Shown here in pieces: positions 1 to 7,068 of a stretch of 52,556 nucleotides of DNA. A program made the position numbers and the translations under genes. Positions within the stretch are counted from its first letter, which is position 1; each line of letters opens with the position of its first letter. Under the pieces are notes generated by a model. That model worked only from the letters and a program-made list of their open reading frames with translations. It was not told the origin of the DNA and searched no databases. The stretch is from Candidatus Micrarchaeota archaeon (GTDB lineage Archaea > Micrarchaeota > Micrarchaeia > Micrarchaeales > Micrarchaeaceae): assembly GCA_028867285.1 (NCBI GenBank), contig JAGWGP010000001.1, positions 1-52,556 on the forward strand. The letters are read 5' to 3'.

Positions 1-332
1 TGCATTATTGATCCGCCAATCCTTCCCCCGACAAACCCGAACAGGACTATTGCGGCGGCGGTGGCGTACACCCCCACAGATCCGAGTGCGCCGATTATCT
101 GGGCTGCGGGATTGGAAAAAGGCACGGAGATGCCCAGATACGCCCATACGCTGATGCCCATGCCGGCCACTATGCCGATTATCAGCCCGGAGAGCGTGCC
201 GTCGCGCTCGCCCCTGGTTATCATGCCTGCCACGAACGCGGTGAAAACTACGGTGAGGGGGTGCGCCCAGCCCACAATCGCCTGCAGGGCGAGCCCTACG
301 ACTGCTCCGGAGAGTATGTTCCTGAGGGACAT
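1..332 (-). CDS. small integral membrane protein (C-terminal part lies beyond the window start)
   Basis: Reverse-strand ATG at 332..330 opens MSLRNILSGAVVGLALQAIVGWAHPLTVVFTAFVAGMITRGERDGTLSGLIIGIVAGMGISVWAYLG... It is Gly/Ala/Ile/Val-rich with several hydrophobic spans and host-like codons. It runs off the window, so it is absent from the ORF track; listed + ORF 61..369 is its antisense shadow. Confidence 0.5.
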   Translation of the reverse strand, partial: MSLRNILSGAVVGLALQAIVGWAHPLTVVFTAFVAGMITRGERDGTLSGLIIGIVAGMGISVWAYLGISVPFSNPAAQIIGALGSVGVYATAAAIVLFGFVGGRIGGSIM

Positions 333-490
333 CAGGAGAGATAGATACTGCAAAATTTATAAGCCTTAAACCGCAACACGTTGCTGGCCCGTAACATAGC
401 AGGGTATTAATACCATGATTCAGATTTTCCCAAGATTCGAGCCTAAACGCCAACGTTTTAAAGCTGTGATGAGATTATTGCTTGAGTGAG

Positions 491-1411
491 ATGGAGTACA
501 AGAGGCTTGGCAGGACAGGGGAGAGAATACCGGCCATGGGGCTCGGGACCTGGCAGCTCAACGTCAACCCAGAGGAGGAGGTCCGGGCCCTGAGGTATGG
601 GATAGACAACGGCGCGTTCGTGGACACCGCGGAGATGTACGGGAGCGAGGAGCTGGTTGGAGAGGCCATAAGGGGAAGGAAGGTTTTCGTGGCTACCAAG
701 GTCTCGCCGCATCACTTCAGGCATGATGACGTGATAAGGTCGTGTGAGGCCAGCCTGAAGAGGCTCGGAGTCAAGCAGATAGGCTTATACCAGCTGCACT
801 GGCCCAATAAGAGGGTGCCGATATCGGAGACGATGTCCGCCATGGAGAAGCTAGTGGACGATGGGAAGATAAGGCACATTGGGGTGAGCAACTTCTCGGT
901 GGACGAGTTCAGGGAGGCGCAGGGATCGATGAAGAGATACGACATAGTGTCCAACCAGGTCGAGTACAGCCCCATGGTCAGGGAGGTTGAGGACGACGGC
1001 GTGCTGGAGTTTTGCAGGAAGAACAAGGTCACTTTGATAGCCTACAGCCCTTTCGGGCATGGAGAGATGTTCAGGGAGAGGTACGGAGGTCTGGTAGAGC
1101 TGCTTGATGGTGTGGGAAAGGGCCACGGCAAGAGCGCGGTCCAGGTGGCGCTCAATTGGCTCATATCGAAGGAGCCTGTGGTTACGATACCTAAGGCGAG
1201 CACTGTCGGGCACGTCAAGGAGCTGCTTGATTCGATGGGATGGTCGCTTGATAAGAAGGAGACAGGCGTGATAGACGGAACGAGGGACTTCAGCAAGAAG
1301 TCAATACAGAAGAGGCTTGGGTTCCTGCTCAAGAACACCGGCGCGTGGGCCAGGCTTGCCACTAAGCACTATTCAAAAAAGAACGCCAACGGTGGCCGGG
1401 TCAGATCCTGA
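491..1411 (+). CDS. aldo/keto reductase family oxidoreductase
   Basis: MEYKRLGRTGERIPAMGLGTWQL... DTAEMYGSEELVGEAI ... LYQLHWP ... typical AKR motifs over the full length. ATG at 491 is preferred over the TTG at 482. Confidence 0.85.
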   Translation: MEYKRLGRTGERIPAMGLGTWQLNVNPEEEVRALRYGIDNGAFVDTAEMYGSEELVGEAIRGRKVFVATKVSPHHFRHDDVIRSCEASLKRLGVKQIGLYQLHWPNKRVPISETMSAMEKLVDDGKIRHIGVSNFSVDEFREAQGSMKRYDIVSNQVEYSPMVREVEDDGVLEFCRKNKVTLIAYSPFGHGEMFRERYGGLVELLDGVGKGHGKSAVQVALNWLISKEPVVTIPKASTVGHVKELLDSMGWSLDKKETGVIDGTRDFSKKSIQKRLGFLLKNTGAWARLATKHYSKKNANGGRVRS

Positions 1412-2357
1412 GATTGTAAAGGTTCTTCTCGTAGTCGAGCAGCATGTCATAAAGTGCCTCGTCTATCTCCTCTCCACGCTCTACAGCGTCGCGCATGGCC
1501 TTTGCGACCTGCGTCCTTGTGGTGTTTATCCCGGTGTATGTGCCAGCCTTCACTATGGCTTGCGTGGATGTAGGCACGAACGGCCCGAGCGTCGCGTCCA
1601 GATCCGGATAATCGGTGTCTATTGAGATTGACCTCTCCATCTCCCTTATGGATCCGTACTTGGCTCCGCAGTTCATAAGGAAGAGCGTGGCGCACATTAT
1701 TTGGGTTCTCCTTTCGGCGCTGCCCTCCGACTCGAACATGTACATGGCCCTCGGTATCGTATGGGTTGGCATCCTCTTGAACTTGCTCACGAGCTCGGAC
1801 TTTATGTGCGAATCGGTGAGACCGGATATTATCTCCATCGTTGCCGCGAACCCGTAGCCAGCCCTCTTTATCGATTCCAGTATGAGCCCGGCGAACTTGG
1901 CGTCCCTTGCCTCGGAGGCCATGGTGGCCTGGGCTTCCTTGCTCGCGTTGACCAGCCTGGAGAGCGTGGCCTTGTACGCCTCCTCGTACTTGCCCTTCAT
2001 TGTGGGTACAGAGCTTGTGGCCCTCTCCTGTATTATGAACAGTATGGAGATCAGCCTCTCCATCGAGGCCTCCTTGAAGCTCACCCTGTCCAGCCCGGTA
2101 AGCTCGTTCCTGAGGGCATCCTTCACGTCGTTGGTTATTATGGCGGTCGATGTCCTGTAGGCCTCGGCGGACTGGGTAGCCAGGCGTATTAGCGGTATGG
2201 TGCCGAGCCTGGCGAGCGACTTGTACATCTCCGTAGTGCCTGAAGGCCCCCTACCTATGGATTTTGATATGAGACCGTCAAAGTGCTTCTTTATCGCATC
2301 GTTCTCGTCGAATGCAACCATCGTGGTGTTGCCCTTGTTGGTCTTGTTCGTGTTCAT
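1401..2357 (-). CDS. hypothetical protein (318 aa, mostly helical, no recognisable motif)
   Basis: Long ORF with host-like codon usage. A TATA-like TTTTTATATAAGG lies about 65 nt upstream on the coding strand (around 2415-2430). No family recognised by eye. Confidence 0.6.
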   Translation of the reverse strand: MNTNKTNKGNTTMVAFDENDAIKKHFDGLISKSIGRGPSGTTEMYKSLARLGTIPLIRLATQSAEAYRTSTAIITNDVKDALRNELTGLDRVSFKEASMERLISILFIIQERATSSVPTMKGKYEEAYKATLSRLVNASKEAQATMASEARDAKFAGLILESIKRAGYGFAATMEIISGLTDSHIKSELVSKFKRMPTHTIPRAMYMFESEGSAERRTQIMCATLFLMNCGAKYGSIREMERSISIDTDYPDLDATLGPFVPTSTQAIVKAGTYTGINTTRTQVAKAMRDAVERGEEIDEALYDMLLDYEKNLYNLRI

Positions 2358-2503
2358 GCAGAGCTCACTGCGGACCAGGCGGGATGCCCGGCCTATTAGC
2401 TAAAGTGGTGCCGCTCCTTATATAAAAAGGTTCTGACGGAGGCTTGACCCGGTATTTAAGCCTATACCCTCACTTCCGCTATTATCCGCTTACGGCGACA
2501 GGC

Positions 2504-3055
2504 TCACCTGAAGGCCAGGACCACTATGTCCTCGAAGAAGTAGTGCTGCTTCGCGGCTACCTCCGCGTTGAGCCTCTTTACGTCGTTCGCGTATCTGTTG
2601 AAGCTGCTCTCCAACAGTAGGAAGATGTGGTCATCCATTGCGTAGTTCCTGCACTCGCTTATGAACCTGTCCATGAACAGCCGGCCGTGCCTCCCTCCGT
2701 CAAGGGCCACGTGCTTGAGCTGGTACCAGTGGCTGGGCAGGTAGGGCGGGTTGAATATTATGGTGTTGTACTTGCCCCTTATGTTGGAGAATATGTCGGA
2801 CTGGACGAACTCTATGTCCACCCTGTTGAGCCTCGCGTTCTCCCTTGCGCAGTCCAGCGCCTTTGGGTCGATATCGGAAGCCGTGACCTCGAGCCCCTTC
2901 TTCGCGGCGACTATCGCCTGTATGCCTGTCCCCGTGCCTATGTCCAGCACCCTCCCGTAGGCATACCTCTCCACCACGTCTGCGAGCATGTATGAGTCCT
3001 CCCGGGGCCCGTACCCGCCCTTCGCGTCGAGCCTTATGCCATCAGCTATCATCAA
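2504..3055 (-). CDS. HemK/PrmC-family N5-glutamine methyltransferase (archaeal Mtq2-like)
   Basis: SAM-binding VLDIGTGTGIQAI followed by the catalytic NPPY motif (IIFNPPYLP); about 180 aa as in archaeal Mtq2 homologues. Confidence 0.8.
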   Translation of the reverse strand: MMIADGIRLDAKGGYGPREDSYMLADVVERYAYGRVLDIGTGTGIQAIVAAKKGLEVTASDIDPKALDCARENARLNRVDIEFVQSDIFSNIRGKYNTIIFNPPYLPSHWYQLKHVALDGGRHGRLFMDRFISECRNYAMDDHIFLLLESSFNRYANDVKRLNAEVAAKQHYFFEDIVVLAFR

Positions 3056-3095
3056 ATCGCAATATAATAAGAAAAAGAAAAAATAAAAAACAACT

Positions 3096-3500
3096 CTAGG
3101 TCCGGTCCTCGAGCCTCGCAGTGGACGCGAAGGATATCTTCTCCGGCGAGATGTCGATGACGACCCTGTAGGCGACCCTCAGCGCCTCCTCGTCATGGAA
3201 CCTCTCCGCCAGCTTCCTGAGCTTGACGATCTGGTCGTCAAGTGCGATGATGTCATCGCGCAGCCCTATGTTGCCCAGCTTGCGCTCTATCGCCGCCTCC
3301 TCGGTCATCCTCTGACCTGGGGCCCTCTCCTTCTGGCAGATCTCGCACCTGTTGTGCCTCGCCTCGGAATCCATCCACGGATTCGCGCCGTACGCCTCTT
3401 GGGCCTCGCCTATCATGGAATCCATTCCCCTGGAGAGCTCGCGCTCCCATGCACTCTTTTTCATTCCATACCCCGGGAGTCCACATGCCATCGCTGGCAC
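3096..3500 (-). CDS. hypothetical protein (coiled-coil-like C-terminal half)
   Basis: ORF with host-like codons. Start is ambiguous (GTG 3500, ATG 3491 or ATG 3464). No recognisable family. Confidence 0.5.
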   Translation of the reverse strand: MPAMACGLPGYGMKKSAWERELSRGMDSMIGEAQEAYGANPWMDSEARHNRCEICQKERAPGQRMTEEAAIERKLGNIGLRDDIIALDDQIVKLRKLAERFHDEEALRVAYRVVIDISPEKISFASTARLEDRT

Positions 3501-3677
3501 TAACCCTAGAAGACGCGCTTGTGCAATAGCACAGGCCTTACCTACTTGTATGGCGCAGGCATGCGCAACTTTCCCACAGGTTTTATTGGCGAGAAGAAAT
3601 AAATACCTTTGGGGAGCGACTTACATTCTGGTGGAGTTGAGGTAAAGGTTTAAATATTTTTTCGACAGTAAATAATG

Positions 3678-3730
3678 TGCCGTGTCACTCCACGGCAACC
3701 CGGAAGACACGCCTGCGCTTCGGCGCAGGC
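3678..3730 (-). terminator. two stem-loops plus T-rich tract downstream of CDS 3743..4285
   Basis: TGCCGTG-tcactc-CACGGCA (3678..3697) and a perfect 8-bp stem GCCTGCGC-TTCG-GCGCAGGC (3711..3730) start 13 nt after the stop. They are followed on the coding strand by ATTATTTACTG. Function as a terminator is inferred. Confidence 0.35.
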
Positions 3731-3742
3731 CCTTATGCTCAT

Positions 3743-4285
3743 TCAGATTGCGGCCTGGAGGAACTTCCGTTCCTCTTCGGTGAATATCTCCTCCTTCACG
3801 AACGTCTTGCTGCCGAGCATGAACCTGAGTATCTCCGACCTCTCCTTGTTGTGGGAGACGGTCTTCCTGAATATCTCTTCCGGTTCCTTTATGTTGGCCA
3901 GGAGGCTGGCGTCGTGCATCCACTCGTCGAAGTAGGTGCTGTATCTCATCAGCGTCTCTATCTGCTCCAGCGCAAGCAGGAACTTCCTAGCCCTCTCCAC
4001 CTGCAGCACGACGTTGGGATCGTCGCTGCCCTCACCTGATTCGATGAAGCTGCCGTACCTCTCCCTTATCTGCGGCGCCCTCTCGAGCATTGTCGTGATT
4101 ATGAACATGTCCCTGTCGGCGTCGTTGGGCCTGTCCGGCAGGGTTATGAGGCTGCCGTTGACCTCTATCCTCTTCTCCGATATCTCGTTGTTGAGGGTGT
4201 CCATTGCCTCGGTTATGAGCTCCACCTTTGCCTTGTTGAGCATGTCCACGCAGACCATCCAGGCCGGAGTGTCGTCTCTTGCCAT
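3743..4285 (-). CDS. hypothetical protein (180 aa)
   Basis: ORF track gives 3743..4423, but residues 1-46 overlap a 5S rRNA gene. The internal ATG at 4285 (MARDDTPAWMV...) is the plausible start. No family recognised. Confidence 0.55.
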   Translation of the reverse strand: MARDDTPAWMVCVDMLNKAKVELITEAMDTLNNEISEKRIEVNGSLITLPDRPNDADRDMFIITTMLERAPQIRERYGSFIESGEGSDDPNVVLQVERARKFLLALEQIETLMRYSTYFDEWMHDASLLANIKEPEEIFRKTVSHNKERSEILRFMLGSKTFVKEEIFTEEERKFLQAAI

Positions 4286-4308
4286 GGGATCATCAGGATA
4301 AGTATAAG

Positions 4309-4422
4309 TGTCAACAGCAACATGATTTCCCGGCCGAAGCCAGTACACACATATCGTAAGCAGGCTTAGCTTCCAAGTTCGGAATGGGTTTGGGCGTTTC
4401 CCTGCTCCTATTACCGTTGACA
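4309..4422 (-). rRNA. rrf: 5S ribosomal RNA (orphan, not linked to 16S/23S in this window)
   Basis: Reverse strand reads TGTCAACGG...GCAGGGAAACGCCCAAACCCATTCCGAACTTGGAAGCTAAGCCTGCTTACGATATGTGTGTACTGGCTTCGGCCGGGAAATCATGTTGCTGTTGACA. It has the universal CCGAAC...GGAAG(C/T)TAAGC loop C/helix III signature. Helix I closes with TGTCAACGG/CTGTTGACA, helix II with GCAGG/CCTGC, and there is a GGC-TTCG-GCC hairpin. Ends are +/- a few nt. Confidence 0.85.
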
Positions 4423-4440
4423 ATAAGTATCTGTTATGAA

Positions 4441-4452
4441 GGTTTTTATTCC
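4441..4452 (-). promoter_or_regulatory. TATA-like box for the 5S rRNA gene
   Basis: Coding-strand GGAATAAAAACC is centred about 24 nt upstream of the predicted 5S 5' end, which is typical archaeal TATA-to-TSS spacing. Confidence 0.4.
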
Positions 4453-4497
4453 TTTGTCTGGATGCCGATTAGGGGAACCTACAGGATTGGAATGTGG

Positions 4498-4641
4498 CTA
4501 CAGCGTCCTTCCCCGCCTGCAGGAATCGCACAGCATGCTCTTCTGGTCTATGTGGTCCTTGCAGTAGGGCCTGCCGCACATCCTGCACGTGTATTCCGCT
4601 ACCCTGTTGCATACGGTGCACATCCGCTTTATCTCAGCCAT
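4498..4641 (-). CDS. 47-aa Cys/His-rich zinc-finger miniprotein (HIT/MYND-like cross-brace spacing)
   Basis: Hand translation gives MAEIKRMCTVCNRVAEYTCRMCGRPYCKDHIDQKSMLCDSCRRGRTL*. Ligand pattern is C-x2-C-x7-C-x2-C-x4-C-x2-H-x7-C-x2-C. Its ATG overlaps the priL stop (ATGGCTGA, 8-nt overlap), suggesting translational coupling. It is below the ORF-track size cutoff. Confidence 0.6.
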   Translation of the reverse strand: MAEIKRMCTVCNRVAEYTCRMCGRPYCKDHIDQKSMLCDSCRRGRTL

Positions 4642-5593
4642 TCTTGACCCCCTCCAGTATCTCGGTATTGAGCGCTGCGCCCAGCAGCTCCTTGGCCCTT
4701 GTCAGCGACAGGGGCTTGGATCCCTTCCTCTTGGCGTATGCGCACTGGTACCTTACGTACGCCTCGTTGACCCTCGTGTTGGGGTCCACCTGCTTGCAAA
4801 GTTCTATGTAGTCCATTATCCTCTTGGTCGCCTCCTCGACCTCCATGCCCTTCACGTTGACGAGGTATGGGGCGAGGATGAGGTTGACCGACCTGTGCCT
4901 CACGTCTGCTATCGGCGTCTCCAGCAGCCTGTCTATCCAGCCATGGGACGCTGCCGAGACCGGCTTTTTCTTTGCCTGTTCCCTTACGTTCAGCCTGAGG
5001 TTCTTGGAGTACTCGACCACCTCGTGCGGAAGCTCCGCCTTGGGGATTGGAAGCCCAGACATTATCTGCTGCTTGATCGCCTCGCACAGCAGCTTTGCCA
5101 TGTTGAAGTCGTTGAGGAGGACTATCCCGTGGTTTAGCCTCTGGTTTGCCAGGGCCAGATTCTTTGCCTGCGTAGAGTGGGCAAGGAACTCGCTGAAGCT
5201 TATGGTGAACTGCCTGGCGGTTCCCCCCATCCCGGTGGTTATGTGGAGGCCCAGCTCCTCGCCGATGTGGATGACCTCCGCCTCATCGGATGTTGCAAGG
5301 AAGAGCGACGACCGCGTGGCCTCGGCCCTGGCGTAGTTCGCTATGAGGTCCCTCCTGCCCAGCGCGCTCAGCAGCATCCTGGAATAGAGGTATGACATTA
5401 TGTAGTCCCTCTTCAGCGAGCTTATCGCCATCTCGGAGGATGCGATGCCCTTGTTGACCGCGGCCTCTATGTGGTCCTTGGCCATCTGCAGGTACCTGCG
5501 CTCGAAGGATCCGCCCTCGCTCTCCACTATCTGCCTCGCCTCCGATGAGAACGGGTACTTGTAAGCAAAGCCAAGGGAGCCAGCTCCTGCCAT
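4634..5593 (-). CDS. priL: DNA primase large (regulatory) subunit PriL-like
   Basis: N-terminal YKYPFSSEA motif is present. The C-terminal WIDRLLETPIADVRHRSVNLILAPYLVNVKGMEVEEA...YVRYQ segment resembles the euryarchaeal PriL C-terminal domain. Only three Cys occur in the whole protein. Confidence 0.7.
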   Translation of the reverse strand: MAGAGSLGFAYKYPFSSEARQIVESEGGSFERRYLQMAKDHIEAAVNKGIASSEMAISSLKRDYIMSYLYSRMLLSALGRRDLIANYARAEATRSSLFLATSDEAEVIHIGEELGLHITTGMGGTARQFTISFSEFLAHSTQAKNLALANQRLNHGIVLLNDFNMAKLLCEAIKQQIMSGLPIPKAELPHEVVEYSKNLRLNVREQAKKKPVSAASHGWIDRLLETPIADVRHRSVNLILAPYLVNVKGMEVEEATKRIMDYIELCKQVDPNTRVNEAYVRYQCAYAKRKGSKPLSLTRAKELLGAALNTEILEGVKNG

Positions 5594-5613
5594 GATATCA
5601 ATCTCTCTTCAAG

Positions 5614-5949
5614 CTATTTATTCAGGCGCCTGAGCCTCCCTCCGAGCGACCTGAGCAGCGAGTTTGTCAGCCTCGCCATGCGGATGTCGAGCCTAGTCAC
5701 GCCTCCGGCGTCGTGCGTGGTGAGCTGCAGGGTGACCCTCTTCCAGCTTATCATTATCTCGGGATGATGGTTCTCCTTCTCTGCAACCGTAGCGAGCCTG
5801 ACTACGAACCTTATCGCGGCGGGGAATGTGGGGAAATCCAGCGGGCCAGTCTCGATGAGCCCCCTCTTGGCCCTCCATCCCGCCGGAAGGGATTCCTTTA
5901 CCTGGGCCTGCGAAAGCCTTTTCTCGTCAAAGCATCTCTTGTCTTTCAC
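5614..5949 (-). CDS. pterin-4-alpha-carbinolamine dehydratase (PCD/DCoH family)
   Basis: Size of about 110 aa and the ENHHPEI...L.THD.GGVT core are typical of the PCD family. Confidence 0.8.
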   Translation of the reverse strand: MKDKRCFDEKRLSQAQVKESLPAGWRAKRGLIETGPLDFPTFPAAIRFVVRLATVAEKENHHPEIMISWKRVTLQLTTHDAGGVTRLDIRMARLTNSLLRSLGGRLRRLNK

Positions 5950-5953
5950 AATC

Positions 5954-6958
5954 TCACTCCCAATTTATCGTTATGTAGTTCTCCGCCATGTTGAGGTTCC
6001 TGAAGGGGAGTATGCCCTTTATGGCCTCGGTTATCCTGGCCCTCGATATCTCCACGTTCTCCTTCCTGAATATCTCTATGTGGGGCCTTATCGCCTTCTC
6101 CAGCGCCTCCCTCTCGCTGCTGTACAGCGCCATGACGAAGAACCTGTAGCTCCCGGTTATTGGCGCCAGCATCTGGTACTGAGACATTATGTAGGTTACG
6201 CCGTCTGGCTTGAGGTACTGGGCCCTGGCCATGGAGGACCTCTCCTTCGTGGTCTTGTTGAACTTGTAGTTCACGAAGAACGAGAGCACGTAGTCGTTGA
6301 TCGGGTGCTGGACCGCTATGGTGAACCTCTTTATTATGCCGCTCCTCTTAAGCCTGAATATCCTGTACCTCACGGTCTCGTCGTTGAGCCCGGTCCTCTG
6401 AGACAGCTCCTCATAGCTCATCCTGGAGTTCCTGTTGAGCAGCCTGAGCAGCTCCCTGTCCTTCTCGGTGAGCTTTATCCTGGGGTTTATGCTGTCTACA
6501 AAGCTCTCGGTTAGCGGCATGTAGCCGAACTGGGCGAGCACGAACTCCGATGGCCTTATGACTGGGCCGTAGTCGGACAGCTCTGATGCCAGGCGGGTCT
6601 CCCATTTTATGTATGATATGGGGTCGCTGGTCCTGGCGTAGATGATAAGGTCGTAGTCCCCCTGCGCCAGGTATGCGGCGTGCACGGTCGCGTCCTTCGA
6701 GAAGAATTTCTTGAGAAGGGCCGAATCCGGCCTCCTGGTGAACTTTATGGTGAGTATGTGCCTCTCGGTGGCCCCCATGCTCTCCTCGTTGACCTCGAGC
6801 GTGTACCTTATGTCCAGCCTCTTCTCGAGCGCGTCGAGGGCCCTCTTTGCGGTTATCCTTGAGCACTTGGCGACCCTGGCCAGGTCGGTTATTGTGGCCC
6901 TGGAGTTCTTGCTTAGCTCCCGGACTATCTCCTTCTCCTTGAAAGAGTAGTACTCCAT
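5954..6958 (-). CDS. tandem (duplicated) Lrp/AsnC-family transcriptional regulator
   Basis: There are two HTH_AsnC units (EKEIVRELSKNSRATITDLARVAKCSRITAKRAL and EKDRELLRLLNRNSRMSYEELSQRTGLNDETVRYRIFRL). Each is followed by an RAM-like ligand domain, all in one 334-aa chain. Confidence 0.85.
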   Translation of the reverse strand: MEYYSFKEKEIVRELSKNSRATITDLARVAKCSRITAKRALDALEKRLDIRYTLEVNEESMGATERHILTIKFTRRPDSALLKKFFSKDATVHAAYLAQGDYDLIIYARTSDPISYIKWETRLASELSDYGPVIRPSEFVLAQFGYMPLTESFVDSINPRIKLTEKDRELLRLLNRNSRMSYEELSQRTGLNDETVRYRIFRLKRSGIIKRFTIAVQHPINDYVLSFFVNYKFNKTTKERSSMARAQYLKPDGVTYIMSQYQMLAPITGSYRFFVMALYSSEREALEKAIRPHIEIFRKENVEISRARITEAIKGILPFRNLNMAENYITINWE

Positions 6959-7068
6959 GATTGGTATTGGGCCGCAGGATATAATAGCTTATCATTTTAC
7001 CTAACTTCTTCTAATAAAATGGGATAAATCTAAACACTATTTAAGGGCGGCGTGGCAAGCATTAGCAT

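Noticed and set aside
61-369. + strand ORF of 102 aa at the window start
   Set aside because: It has Pro/Ala/Thr/Ser-rich composition with no motif. The opposite strand encodes a convincing multi-TM membrane protein with host codon usage that runs off the window, so the + ORF is its antisense shadow.
4286-4423. N-terminal 46 codons of track ORF 3743..4423 (MSTVIGAGKRPNPFRTWKL...)
   Set aside because: This stretch is the 5S rRNA gene read as protein. The CDS was trimmed to the internal ATG at 4285.
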